Shown piece by piece: positions 11,499 through 21,493 of a stretch of DNA of 64,000 bases. Position 1 is the stretch's first letter, and every line of letters begins with the position of its first letter. A model generated the notes under the pieces. That model ran no database searches. It was not told where the DNA came from and saw only the letters and a list, made by a program, of their open reading frames with translations. Source of the stretch: Alphaproteobacteria bacterium (GTDB taxonomy: Bacteria; Pseudomonadota; Alphaproteobacteria; MPNO01). The DNA lies in assembly GCA_963667285.1 (NCBI GenBank), contig OY763326.1, positions 1,490,233-1,554,232 of the forward strand, in the 5' to 3' direction. Made by a program: the position numbers and the translations under genes.

Positions 11499-12455
11499 AT
11501 GGCGCGCAAGCAGCTCCACCCCCCGATCGAGCCGCATGACAGCGGACGGCTCGCCGTCGACCAGCTGCACGAGCTGTACTGGGAGGTCTCCGGCAACCCG
11601 GAGGGGACGCCCGTGGTCTTCCTGCATGGCGGGCCGGGGGCGGGGGCGATCCCGGCGCATCGGCGGTTCTTCGACCCGGCCCATTACCGGATCGTGGTGT
11701 TCGACCAGCGCGGCGCGGGCCGCTCGACGCCGGTCGGAGAACTCCGCGACAACACGACTGCGCATCTCGTGGACGATATGGAACGCATCCGCGCGATGCT
11801 CAACATCGAGCGCTGGCTGCTGTTCGGCGGGTCGTGGGGCAGCACGCTGGCGCTGGCCTATGCCGAGACCCATCCCGACCGGGCGCTCGGCCTGGTGCTG
11901 AGGGGGATCTTTCTCGGCAGCGAGGCGGAGATAAGCTGGTTCCTCTACGGCATCCGCCACGTGTTTCCCGAGGCCTGGGAGGCGCTGACCGGCATCCTCG
12001 ACGAAGACGAGCGCGGCGACATCCTGGCCGCCTATCACCGCCGCCTGTCGAGCCGCGACCCGGCGGTGCTGCTGCCGGCGGCGCGGGCGTGGAGCCGCTA
12101 CGAGGGCGCGTGCTCCACCTTCCTGCCGAGCCCGGAGACCATCGCCGCCTTCGGCGAGGACTCGATGGCGGTGGGGCTGGCGCGGATCGAGGCGCATTAC
12201 TTCGTCAACCGGGTCTTCGTCGAGCCCGGCGCGCTGCTCGCCGGGGTCGAGCGCATCCGCCATCTGCCGGGCGTGATCGTGCAGGGCCGCTACGACATGG
12301 TGTGCCCGATCATCACCGCCGATGCGCTGCACCGGGCGTGGCCGGAGGCCGAATACGTGGTGGTTCCGGATTCCGGCCACTCGGCCATGGATCCCGGCAT
12401 CTGCGCGGCCCTGGTCGGCGCGACGGAGCGCTTCAAGACGCGCGACGGGCGTTGA
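11499..12455 (+). CDS. pip: prolyl aminopeptidase (proline iminopeptidase)
   Basis: 318 aa. Motifs are VVFLHGGPGAG, VVFDQRGAGRS and the nucleophile elbow GGSWGSTLAL, plus the C-terminal DSGHSA. Confidence 0.9.
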   Translation: MARKQLHPPIEPHDSGRLAVDQLHELYWEVSGNPEGTPVVFLHGGPGAGAIPAHRRFFDPAHYRIVVFDQRGAGRSTPVGELRDNTTAHLVDDMERIRAMLNIERWLLFGGSWGSTLALAYAETHPDRALGLVLRGIFLGSEAEISWFLYGIRHVFPEAWEALTGILDEDERGDILAAYHRRLSSRDPAVLLPAARAWSRYEGACSTFLPSPETIAAFGEDSMAVGLARIEAHYFVNRVFVEPGALLAGVERIRHLPGVIVQGRYDMVCPIITADALHRAWPEAEYVVVPDSGHSAMDPGICAALVGATERFKTRDGR

Positions 12456-12523
12456 ACCGCGCCGGGCGAGGCGGCACACTCCGGCCGCGCAGGGAAGGCA
12501 CGGGGGTGCGGGACGTGAGCAGA

Positions 12524-12940
12524 ATGGCGCTCGACCGGCTGGAGAACCCGTCGGTCTCGGCGGATGGCGGCAGCGTCGCCTTCACCATCCGCGACGAGGA
12601 CGGGGCGGGCGTCGAGATCGCCTGCCGCGCCGACGATCTGGAGCGGATCGTCGGCTACCTCGCCTGTCTCGGCGGCCAGGCGGCAGCGCGCCGGGAAGAG
12701 GTCACGCCCAGCTTCTTCGGCAATACCGACCGGGTGCTCGCCGAGCCGATCCGGACCTCCGATGTCGGGCTGGCGCGCGGGCTGGAGGACGGCGAGGTGA
12801 TCCTGGTCGCGCGCATGTTCGGCTTCGATCTCGGCTTCACCGTGACCCGGCCCCAGCTCGCCGCGCTGCACCGGGAGATCGAGCGCGCGCTGCCGCGCTC
12901 CGCCCTGGCGAAGACCGATCACCACCACCATGACCACTAG
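12524..12940 (+). CDS. hypothetical protein with His-rich C-terminus (DHHHHDH)
   Basis: 138-aa ORF with strong GC3 codon bias. It fits cleanly between pip and hyuA. I recognise no family. Confidence 0.5.
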   Translation: MALDRLENPSVSADGGSVAFTIRDEDGAGVEIACRADDLERIVGYLACLGGQAAARREEVTPSFFGNTDRVLAEPIRTSDVGLARGLEDGEVILVARMFGFDLGFTVTRPQLAALHREIERALPRSALAKTDHHHHDH

Positions 12941-12955
12941 CCGCGCGCCCGGGCG

Positions 12956-15046
12956 GTGAGCGAGCACGCGCCTTACCGCCTCGGCGTCGATGTCGGCGGA
13001 ACCCATACCGACCTCGTCCTGCTCGACGCGGCGAGCGGCGAGATCCTCATCGAGAAGGTGCCGAGCACCCCGGCCAGCCCGGCCGAAGCGGTGCTCGACG
13101 GGCTCCGGCGCTTCCTCGCCCGCGGCGTCGCGCCCGGGGCGATCGGGTTCTTCGCCCACGGCACCACGATCACCACCAACGCGCTGCTGGAGATGCGGGG
13201 CGCCCGGGTGGGCATGCTGATCACCGCGGGCTACCGCGCCGTCCAGGAGGTCCAGTCGCAGGCCCGCGACGGCAACCCGTTCGACTATTTCTTCCGCCGG
13301 CCCGATCCGATCGCGCCGCAGAGCCTGACCCGGGAGGTCGGCGGGCGGATCGACCACGAAGGCAACGAGCTCGCCCCGCTCGACGCGGACGCGGTCAGGC
13401 GGGCGGCGCGCAGCCTGCGCGAGGCCGGCGTCGAGTCGATCGCCGTCTGCTACCTGTTCTCGTTCATGAACCCGGCGCACGAGGCCGAGACGCGGCGGAT
13501 TCTCGCCGAGGAATTCCCGGCGGCCACGATCTCGCTCTCCAGCGTCGTCCTGCCGCGGCTGCGCGAGTGGCCGCGCATGTCGACGACGCTGCTCAACGCC
13601 TATCTCGAACCGGTGCTGGTGCGCTACGTGCGCGACCTCGCGGGCGGGCTGGACGGGGCCGGGGTCGGCACGCCGCAGCGCTTCCTCATGCAGTCCAATG
13701 GCGGGGTGATGCCGTTCGCGGCGGCGCTCGCCGGCGGCAAGACCGTGCACACCATGCTCTCGGGGCCGGCGGCGGGGGCGCGCGCGAGCGCCTGGCTCGC
13801 CCCGGACGAGGCCCGCAAGGGGCTGGTCTCGCTCGACATGGGGGGGACAAGCTGCGACATCGCCTTCATCGAGGGCGGCGCGCCGCTCGAAGTCACCGAG
13901 AGCGAGATCGGCCGCCGCCCGATCGCCGTGCCGACGCTCGACCTCACCACCATCTCGGCCGGCGGCGGGTCGATCGCCCGGATCGACGGCGGCGGGCTGC
14001 TCGCCGTCGGGCCGCGCAGCGCGGGCTCCGATCCCGGTCCCGCCTGCTACGGCAAGGGCGGCGCCGACCCGACGGTGACCGACGCGGACATCGTCTGCGG
14101 CTATCTCAACCCGACCCATCTGCTGGGCGGCGCCCAGGCGCTCGATTTCGACGCCGCGCTCGCCGCGCTCGAACGCAGGATCGCGCACCCGCTCGGCATG
14201 GACTGCCACCAGGCCGCGCGCGGGATCAGGCGCATCGTCGACATGCGGATGGCCGACGAGGTCCGCGTCGTCGCCGCCAAGCGCGGCGTGGATGCGCAGG
14301 ACTTCACGCTGCTGCCGTTCGGCGGGGCGGGGGCGGTGCACGCGGCCGCGGTCGCGGACGAGCTCGGCATGCGCCGCATCCTGGTCCCGGCCCGCCCGGG
14401 CGCGTTCTCGGCGCTCGGCCTGCTCTGCTCCGACGTGGTGCACGACTACGTGCGCTCGGAGCTGCGCCCGCTCAACCGGGTCGGCCCGGCCCATGCGGAA
14501 GCGGTGTTCGCCGAGCTGGAGGCCCGCGCGGCCGGCGAGCTCGCGGCCGAGGGGTTCGACCCCGCCGCCGCCCGCCATCTGCGCGAGCTCGACCTGCGCT
14601 ATGTCGGCCAGGGCTACGAGCTCCGCGTGCCGCTCGACGGTCTCGGCGCCGGCGGGCTCGACGAGGCGGCCATGGCCGAGGCGCGCCGCCGCTTCGATGC
14701 CCGCCACGCCCGCATCCACGGCCACGCCGCGTTCGAGAAGGACGTCGAGATCGTGAGCTACCGGCTGCGCGTGACGGTCGAGGTCCCGAAATACCGCCCC
14801 GTGGCGGCGCCGGAAGCGGCGGCCGCCCTGCCCGACGCCGCGATCGCCGGCCGGCGCGGCGTCCATTTCGATGCCGGGGGAGCGATCGAGACGCTTCTCG
14901 TCGACCGCGCCCGGCTGGCGCCTGGAGTGGGTTTCGCGGGCCCCGCCATCGTCGAGCAGTTCGATGCGACGACCGTGGTCCCCGCGGGATGGAGCGTCGC
15001 GGTCGACGGCTTTCGCAATCTCGTCCTGGAGCGCGGCGATGCCTGA
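12956..15046 (+). CDS. hydantoinase/oxoprolinase family protein, A subunit
   Basis: 696 aa. The N-terminus YRLGVDVGGTHTDLVLLD is an ASKHA fold. DMGGTSCD and FGGAG motifs are typical of HyuA/OplA. Confidence 0.85.
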   Translation: MSEHAPYRLGVDVGGTHTDLVLLDAASGEILIEKVPSTPASPAEAVLDGLRRFLARGVAPGAIGFFAHGTTITTNALLEMRGARVGMLITAGYRAVQEVQSQARDGNPFDYFFRRPDPIAPQSLTREVGGRIDHEGNELAPLDADAVRRAARSLREAGVESIAVCYLFSFMNPAHEAETRRILAEEFPAATISLSSVVLPRLREWPRMSTTLLNAYLEPVLVRYVRDLAGGLDGAGVGTPQRFLMQSNGGVMPFAAALAGGKTVHTMLSGPAAGARASAWLAPDEARKGLVSLDMGGTSCDIAFIEGGAPLEVTESEIGRRPIAVPTLDLTTISAGGGSIARIDGGGLLAVGPRSAGSDPGPACYGKGGADPTVTDADIVCGYLNPTHLLGGAQALDFDAALAALERRIAHPLGMDCHQAARGIRRIVDMRMADEVRVVAAKRGVDAQDFTLLPFGGAGAVHAAAVADELGMRRILVPARPGAFSALGLLCSDVVHDYVRSELRPLNRVGPAHAEAVFAELEARAAGELAAEGFDPAAARHLRELDLRYVGQGYELRVPLDGLGAGGLDEAAMAEARRRFDARHARIHGHAAFEKDVEIVSYRLRVTVEVPKYRPVAAPEAAAALPDAAIAGRRGVHFDAGGAIETLLVDRARLAPGVGFAGPAIVEQFDATTVVPAGWSVAVDGFRNLVLERGDA

Positions 15047-16688
15047 TCCGGTGACCGTCCAAATCCTGCGCAACAAGGTGGCGGGGCTGGTCGAGGAGAT
15101 GCACTACCATTTCTACCGCTCGGGCTATTCGACGATCATCCGGGAATCGCGGGATTTCAGCTGCGTCATCCTCGACGCGGCGGGCGGGCTGATCGTCGCG
15201 CCGCCGATGTTCTTCCACGCCCCGGTCTACAAGCATCTGGTCGGGCGCATCGTCGAAATCTACGGCGCCGGGCTCGCCGCGGACGACGTCTTCGTCTGCA
15301 ACCATCCCTATGAGGGCGGGCTGCCGCATGTCTCCGACATGGCGTTCGTCGCGCCGATCTTCGCCGACGGCGCGCTCGTCGGCTTCGCCGGGTCGATCGC
15401 CCACAAGGCCGATATCGGCGGCACCAACCCGGGCAGCACCTCGGCCAACGCCACCGAGATCTACCACGAGGGGCTGTTGCTGCCGCCGATCCGCATCGCC
15501 GAGGCGGGGCGCTACAAGGACGACCTGGAACGGCTGATCCTCGCCAACAGCCGCCAGCCGGAGCTGGTGCAGGGCGACATGCGGGCGCAGATCGCCGCCA
15601 CCAGGCTGGGGGTGGAGCGCATCGAGGAGATCTGCGCCCGCTTCGGCGGCGGGACCGTGCGCGAGGCCTTCGCCGCCATCCTGGCCGGCGCCGGGGCGGC
15701 GCTGAAATCCGCCATCGCCGACCTGCCCGACGGCAGCGCGTCGGCCGAGGGTTTCATGGACTCCGACGGGGTCGAGCGCGACCGCCCGGTGCGTTTCGCC
15801 TGCACGGTGACGGTCGAGGGCGAGACCGCGACCTTCGACTTCAGCGACGCCGACCGCCAGGCCAGGGGGCCGATCAATTTGCGCCCGTCGATGGTCGAGG
15901 CATGCTGCTTCTATGCCCTGATCGGCTGCCTCGGCCCCGACCTCCAGTACAATGACGGCATGCGCGAGGCGGTGCGCTTCGTCTACGCGCCGCAGACCAT
16001 CACCAACGCCTCGCCGCCGGCGCCGGTCTCGAGCTACCAGATGGCCAACCTCAAGCTGGTCGACGTCATCCTGGAGGCGCTGTCGGCGTTCCGCCCCGAC
16101 CGGGCGGTGGCCAACGCCGCCTCCAGCGGCGCGGTGATGATCCAGTGGCTCCAGGGCGGGCGCGAGGGCCAGGCCAGCCTGCAATACGAGATCATCGGCT
16201 CGGCCTATGGCGGCGGCGCCGGGCATGACGGCGCTTCGGCCTGCGCGACCCATCTCTCCAATCTCCACATCACGCCGATCGAGATCATCGAGTCCGAGTT
16301 CCCCTGCCGCATCCCGCGCTTCGAGCTGATGGCGGATTCGGGCGGCGCCGGAACCTGGCGCGGCGGGCTCGGGCTCCGGCGCGAATACGAGCTGTTGCAG
16401 GACGCCGTGGTGATCCGGCGCTACGACCGCGCCCGCTTCCCGCCGGTCGGGCTCGCCGGCGGCAAGGACGGGCAGGGCAGCCGCTTCGTCATCCGCTACG
16501 GCTCGGCGGAGGCGGAGGAAACCCCGCCCGCCGGGCGCTTCGAGCTCGCCGCCGGGGAGCGCTTCCTGCTGGAGACCGCGGCCGGCGGCGGCTATGGCGA
16601 TCCGGCGGCGCGCGCGCCCGAAGCGGTCGCCCGCGACATCGCCGAGGGCTATGTCAGCGAAGCCGCCGCGAAGCGGGACTACACCTGA
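15039..16688 (+). CDS. hydantoinase B/oxoprolinase family protein, B subunit
   Basis: 549 aa. IRESRDFSCVILDAAG and NHPYEGGLPHVSD are HyuB signatures. The start overlaps the hyuA stop region (ATGCCTGA). Confidence 0.85.
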   Translation: MPDPVTVQILRNKVAGLVEEMHYHFYRSGYSTIIRESRDFSCVILDAAGGLIVAPPMFFHAPVYKHLVGRIVEIYGAGLAADDVFVCNHPYEGGLPHVSDMAFVAPIFADGALVGFAGSIAHKADIGGTNPGSTSANATEIYHEGLLLPPIRIAEAGRYKDDLERLILANSRQPELVQGDMRAQIAATRLGVERIEEICARFGGGTVREAFAAILAGAGAALKSAIADLPDGSASAEGFMDSDGVERDRPVRFACTVTVEGETATFDFSDADRQARGPINLRPSMVEACCFYALIGCLGPDLQYNDGMREAVRFVYAPQTITNASPPAPVSSYQMANLKLVDVILEALSAFRPDRAVANAASSGAVMIQWLQGGREGQASLQYEIIGSAYGGGAGHDGASACATHLSNLHITPIEIIESEFPCRIPRFELMADSGGAGTWRGGLGLRREYELLQDAVVIRRYDRARFPPVGLAGGKDGQGSRFVIRYGSAEAEETPPAGRFELAAGERFLLETAAGGGYGDPAARAPEAVARDIAEGYVSEAAAKRDYT

Positions 16689-16702
16689 AGGGAGGAAACG
16701 CG

Positions 16703-17539
16703 ATGGATCGCGTCGGCATCGTCGGGCCGGGCCGGATGGGGCTCGCCATGGTCAGGCATCTCGTCGAGGCCGGGTTCCCGGTCGCGGCGACGGATATCGA
16801 CGCCGGGCAGCTCGCGCGGGCCGGGGAGGCGGGCGCGCGGCTCTTCGCCTCGGCGGGCGAGCTCGGCCGCAATGTCGATTACGCGATCGTCGCCGTCGGG
16901 TTCGACGCGGAAACCGTCGCGGTCACGGTGGGCGATGACGGGCTGGTCGGCGCGCTGGCGCCGGGGTCGTGCATCGCGGTCTGTTCGACCTCTTCGCCGG
17001 AGACCGTCCGCATGGTCGCCGAACGCGCGGCCGGGCGGGGGATCGACGTGCTCGACGCGCCGATCTGCCGCGGCCGCTGGGCGGCGGACGAGGGGACGCT
17101 GCTGGCGCTCGCCGGCGGGACCGATGCCGTCGTCGAGCGCTCGCGGCCGGTCTTCGAGACCTTCTGCTCGGACATCGCCCATCTCGGCCCGGTCGGGCAC
17201 GGACAGTTCGGCAAGGCGATGAACAACTTCCTGATGTGGATCACCGGGGTCGGGCTGATCGAGGCCGGCCGGCTCGCCGAGTCCTTCGGCGCCGATTTGG
17301 TGAAGCTGCGCGAGGCGCTGCTGATCAGCTCGGCGAGATCGGCGACGCTGGAGGACTGGGACCGCATGACCTTCACCTGGGCGCTCAAGGACATGCAGAT
17401 CGTCTCGCAGATGGCCGAAGCGCTCGGCGAATCGATGCCGCTCGCCGGCCAGATCCGCGAGACCGTCAAGGAGGCGCGCCGCATCAAGGCGTCGAACCCG
17501 CCCGACTGGACCGGCGAGGGCGCGGTGCCGGGGGATTAG
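16703..17539 (+). CDS. NAD(P)-dependent oxidoreductase, 3-hydroxyisobutyrate/6-phosphogluconate dehydrogenase-like
   Basis: 278 aa. The Rossmann motif is VGIVGPGRMGLAMVRHL. GHGQFGKAMNNFL matches the HIBADH C-domain. Confidence 0.8.
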   Translation: MDRVGIVGPGRMGLAMVRHLVEAGFPVAATDIDAGQLARAGEAGARLFASAGELGRNVDYAIVAVGFDAETVAVTVGDDGLVGALAPGSCIAVCSTSSPETVRMVAERAAGRGIDVLDAPICRGRWAADEGTLLALAGGTDAVVERSRPVFETFCSDIAHLGPVGHGQFGKAMNNFLMWITGVGLIEAGRLAESFGADLVKLREALLISSARSATLEDWDRMTFTWALKDMQIVSQMAEALGESMPLAGQIRETVKEARRIKASNPPDWTGEGAVPGD

Positions 17540-17577
17540 GGCGTCGCGGTTCGAAGGGCGCGACCCGGCAGAGCCGG

Positions 17578-18324
17578 TCAGCTCGCCTCCATCGCCATCA
17601 CCCCGCCATCGGCGAAGATGTTCTCGCCGCAGACGAAGCTCGCCGCGTCGCTGCACAGGAAGGCCACGACCTGCGCGGTGTCGTCGGGCACGCCGGCCCG
17701 GTTGACCAGGTTCTTGAAGTAGCGGTCGGGGTCGACCTCCTGGATGCCGACCGGCGAGCCGGTGCGGTTGGGCGAGACCGAGTTGACCCGGATGCCGTGC
17801 GGCGCGAGCTGGAAGGCGAGCGACCGGGTGAGGTTGGCGACGCCGCCCTTGGCCGCCGAATAGGCGCAGGCGCTGCCCCGCCCGCGATAGCCCGAGGTCG
17901 AGCCGATATTGACGATCCTGCCGGCGATCCCGTTATCGACCATGTGGTGGGCGACGTGCTTGGCCATCAGGAAGGGCGATTTCAGGGTCACCCGGATGGT
18001 GTCGTCCCACTCCTTCTCGGTGATTTCGAGGACGTGGCGGTTGTCGGAGATCGCGACGTTGTTGACCAGGATGTCGATGCGCCCGAAGCGCGCGGCCACC
18101 GCGGCGACCAGCGCCTGGACGGCGTCGTTGTCGGACACGTCGGCGACGAAGGCCTCGGCCTCGTGCCCGGCCCCGGCGAGCTTCCGCGTCGTCTGTCCGG
18201 CGCGGCCCGGGTCGAGATCGACGACCGCGATCTTCGCCCCGTCCTCGGCCAGGACCTCGGCGATGCGCTCGCCGATATTGCGCCCCGCGCCCGTCACGAT
18301 CGCGACCTGCCCTGCGAATTTCAC
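17578..18324 (-). CDS. SDR-family oxidoreductase
   Basis: 248 aa from a GTG start. Motifs are TGAGRNIG (TGxxxGxG), NNVA, and the catalytic YSAAK. Confidence 0.85.
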   Translation of the reverse strand: MKFAGQVAIVTGAGRNIGERIAEVLAEDGAKIAVVDLDPGRAGQTTRKLAGAGHEAEAFVADVSDNDAVQALVAAVAARFGRIDILVNNVAISDNRHVLEITEKEWDDTIRVTLKSPFLMAKHVAHHMVDNGIAGRIVNIGSTSGYRGRGSACAYSAAKGGVANLTRSLAFQLAPHGIRVNSVSPNRTGSPVGIQEVDPDRYFKNLVNRAGVPDDTAQVVAFLCSDAASFVCGENIFADGGVMAMEAS

Positions 18325-18396
18325 CCGCGCTCTCCCCGCTGCTAGTTTGGCGCCGCATAGTAGCGCGGTTTCCCGACAATCAGGAGAAGGACGGGC

Positions 18397-20718
18397 ATGG
18401 GCGAGTTCGACATCGGCAATTCGGTGCCGCGGACCGAGGATCCGCGGCTGCTCTCGGGCGGCGGGCGGTATGTCGACGACATCGACCTGCCGGGCCTCTG
18501 CCGCGCCCATATCCTGCGCTCTCCTCACGCCCATGCGGCGATACGCGGGATCGATGCGGATGCCGCGCGCGCCATGCCGGGCGTCCACGCCGTGCTGACC
18601 GGCGCCGACTACGCGGCGTCGGGTCTCGGCACCATCCAGGCCCAGCTGGTTCTGAAGGACCGCGACGGGAATCCGATGGTCCGCCCGGCCTTCGCCCCGC
18701 TGGCGATCGACCGCGCCGTGCATGTCGGCGAGGCGGTCGCGGTCGTCGTCGCCGACACCCTCGCCCGGGCCAGGGATGCGGCCGAGGCGATCCATGTCGC
18801 GTTCGAGCCGCTGGATGCGAATATCGACACCGCCATCGCCGATGTCGAGACCACACCGGCGCTGTGGCAGGAGGCACCCCGGAACGAGAGCTTCGTCCAT
18901 TTCCTGGGCGACCGCGACGCGGTCGAGGCGGGTTTCGCCAGGGCCGCGCATGTGATCGAGCGCCGCTTCGCGATCTCGCGCGTGACCTCGAACACCCTGG
19001 AGCCGCGCGCCTTCGTGGGCGACGTGGACCGCGCCGGGCGCCACACGCTCCATGCCGCCGTGCACTACCCGCATCGCATCCGGAGCGCGCTCGCCAGGGA
19101 CATATTCCGCCTGCCGGAGAACCGGGTGCGGGTGATCGCGGGCGATGTCGGCGGCAGCTTCGGGCTGCGCGGCGGCATGTACCCCGAACAGATCCTGGTG
19201 CTCTGGGCCTCGCGCGAGACCGGGCGGCCGGTCAAGTGGACCTGCGAGCGCTCGGAGGGGCTGATCAGCGACCACCAGGGCCGCGACAACGTCACCGACG
19301 CCGCGCTCGCCCTCGATTCCGACGGCAATTTCCTCGCCATGCGGGTGCGCACCCGGGTCAATATCGGCGCCTATGTGGCGTCCATGGCGGGCGGGCCGGC
19401 GACCGCCAATCTCGGCACCCTCGCCGGCACCTATGTCACCCCCGCCATCCATGTCGAGACCGCGGGCGTGTTCACCAACACCAACCCGACATGCCCCTAT
19501 CGCGGCGCCGGGCGCCCGGAAGCCGCCTATGTGATCGAGCAGCTCATCGATGGCGCGGCGCGCAAGCTCGGCCGCGACCCGGTCGAGCTGAGGCGCCAGA
19601 ACACGATCCCCGAGGACGCGATGCCGTTCAGGACCGGGCTGGTCTTCGAATACGATTGCGGAGCGTTCGAGCAAAATCTCGACCGGGCGCTCGAGCTTGC
19701 AGGCCATGCCGGGTTCGAGCAGCGGCGCCGGGCCGCCAGCGCGAGGGGCAGGCTGCGCGGCATCGGCGTTTCCAACACCATCGAGCGCGCCGCCGCGCCG
19801 GGCCAGGAGCGGGCGCTGCTGCGCTTCGATCCCTCGGGCACGGCGACGCTGTTCGTCGGCACCATCAGCCACGGCCAGGGGCATGAGACGGTGTACAAGC
19901 AGGTCGTCTGCCAGACGCTCGGCATCGACCCGGCGACGCTGCGGGTCGCGGAGGGCGATTCGGACGCGCTTTCGATCGGCGGCGGCACCGGCGGGTCGCG
20001 CTCGGCGACGCTCGGCGGCTCGGCCGTGCTGCGCGCGGCCGAGAAGATCGTCGATCAGGCCCGGCCGATCGCGGCGCATCTCCTCGAAGCCGCCGAGGGC
20101 GACCTCGAATTCGTCGACGGCGGGTTCCGCATCGCGGGCACCGACCGGTCGGTGCCGCTGGTCGAGGTCGCGCGGGCGGCCTACCTCCCCGCCCGGCTGC
20201 CGGCCGATTCGGAGCCCGGGCTGGAGGCCGGCGCGGGCTACGTCGCCAAGGTGGAGAACTTTCCCAATGGCTGCCATGTCTGCGAGGTCGAGATCGACCC
20301 CGACACCGGCGAGACCGGGATCGTCGATTACAGCGTCGTCGACGATGTGGGCACGGTGCTCAACCCGCTGCTGCTGAAGGGCCAGATCCACGGCGGCGTC
20401 GCCCAGGGGCTGGGCCAGGCGGTGATGGAACGGATCGTCTTCGACCGCGCCTCGGGCCAGAACCTCTCGGGCTCGTTCATGGACTACGCGATGCCGCGGG
20501 CGGACGACATGTGCGGCTTCAAGGTGGAAGCCAACCCGGTCCCGACCGCGACCAACCCGCTCGGCGTCAAGGGGGCGGGCGAGGCCGGCACGGTCGGCGC
20601 CCTGCCGGCGGTGACCAGCGCCATCCTCGATGCGCTGGCGCCGCTCGGGGTCGAAACCATCGACATGCCGGCTTCGCCGGAGGCGGTCTGGCGCGCGATC
20701 GAGAGCGCCCGTCGATGA
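18397..20718 (+). CDS. xanthine dehydrogenase/CO dehydrogenase family molybdopterin-binding large subunit
   Basis: 773 aa. The N-terminus is VPRTEDPRLLSGGGRYVDD. GGSFG, PYRGAGRPEA and the C-terminal GVKGAGEAG motifs are typical of the CoxL/XdhB family. Confidence 0.85.
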   Translation: MGEFDIGNSVPRTEDPRLLSGGGRYVDDIDLPGLCRAHILRSPHAHAAIRGIDADAARAMPGVHAVLTGADYAASGLGTIQAQLVLKDRDGNPMVRPAFAPLAIDRAVHVGEAVAVVVADTLARARDAAEAIHVAFEPLDANIDTAIADVETTPALWQEAPRNESFVHFLGDRDAVEAGFARAAHVIERRFAISRVTSNTLEPRAFVGDVDRAGRHTLHAAVHYPHRIRSALARDIFRLPENRVRVIAGDVGGSFGLRGGMYPEQILVLWASRETGRPVKWTCERSEGLISDHQGRDNVTDAALALDSDGNFLAMRVRTRVNIGAYVASMAGGPATANLGTLAGTYVTPAIHVETAGVFTNTNPTCPYRGAGRPEAAYVIEQLIDGAARKLGRDPVELRRQNTIPEDAMPFRTGLVFEYDCGAFEQNLDRALELAGHAGFEQRRRAASARGRLRGIGVSNTIERAAAPGQERALLRFDPSGTATLFVGTISHGQGHETVYKQVVCQTLGIDPATLRVAEGDSDALSIGGGTGGSRSATLGGSAVLRAAEKIVDQARPIAAHLLEAAEGDLEFVDGGFRIAGTDRSVPLVEVARAAYLPARLPADSEPGLEAGAGYVAKVENFPNGCHVCEVEIDPDTGETGIVDYSVVDDVGTVLNPLLLKGQIHGGVAQGLGQAVMERIVFDRASGQNLSGSFMDYAMPRADDMCGFKVEANPVPTATNPLGVKGAGEAGTVGALPAVTSAILDALAPLGVETIDMPASPEAVWRAIESARR

Positions 20719-20784
20719 CTCGTCCGGGCCGCGCGGCTATCTTGCCGGTCAATCAGCGAAAGACCGATTTGGAGAGAACGAGAC

Positions 20785-21480
20785 ATGCCTGACATCACCA
20801 TCGCCGCTTCGGACGGCGGCAGCTTCGGCGCCTACCTCGCCAGCCCGGACTCCGGCTCGGGGCCGGGCGTTGTCGTCATCCAGGAAATCTTCGGCGTGAA
20901 CCGGGTCATGCGGGACATCTGCGACGCGCTGGCGGCCGACGACTATATCGCCTGCTCGCCGGACCTGTTCTGGCGCCAGGAGCCGGGCGTCCAGCTCACC
21001 GACAAGACGGAGCAGGAGTGGGAGAAGGCGTTCGGCTACCTTCAGGGATTCGACTTCGAAAAGGGGGTGGCCGACATCGCCGCCACGATCGGCCATGTTC
21101 GCGGCCTCGGCGGCTGCACCGGCAAGGTGGCCACGGTCGGCTACTGCATGGGCGGCAGCCTCGCCTACATGTCCGCCTGCTTCACCGATTCCGACGCCTC
21201 GGTGGGCTACTACCCGGTGCAGATCGAGGGCAACATGGACAAGGCGGCCGGCGCCTCGAAGCCGGCCATGCTGCACATCGCCGCGGAGGACGATTACTGC
21301 CCGCCCGAGGCGCAGAAGACGATCCAGGACGCGCTCGCCGGCAACGCGCTGTTCACCGTCCACGTCTATCCCGGGGCGGACCACGCCTTCGCGCGGATCG
21401 GCGGGGAACATTTCGACCGGGCGGCGGCCGACCTCGCGAACGGACGCACCGCCGAATTCTTCAAGGCCCATCTGGCATAG
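20785..21480 (+). CDS. dienelactone hydrolase (carboxymethylenebutenolidase) family protein
   Basis: 231 aa. GVVVIQEIFGVN is present. The nucleophile motif GYCMGG carries Cys, as in DLH. The C-terminus has YPGADHAF. Confidence 0.85.
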   Translation: MPDITIAASDGGSFGAYLASPDSGSGPGVVVIQEIFGVNRVMRDICDALAADDYIACSPDLFWRQEPGVQLTDKTEQEWEKAFGYLQGFDFEKGVADIAATIGHVRGLGGCTGKVATVGYCMGGSLAYMSACFTDSDASVGYYPVQIEGNMDKAAGASKPAMLHIAAEDDYCPPEAQKTIQDALAGNALFTVHVYPGADHAFARIGGEHFDRAAADLANGRTAEFFKAHLA

Positions 21481-21493
21481 GGGAGGCCGAGAG

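Noticed and set aside
12290-15076. Long antisense or alternative-frame ORFs. Examples are 12290..15076(-), 14472..16268(-), 17578..20391(-) upstream of the SDR part, 45896..49549(-), 59703..62942(+), the N-terminal 759 aa of 51675..55178(+), 34531..36276(-) and 202..2514(+).
   Set aside because: Their translations are low-complexity Arg/Ala/Gly/Pro strings without motifs. Each overlaps a gene with strong family signatures on the other strand or in another frame. This is expected in roughly 70% GC DNA, where stop codons are rare.
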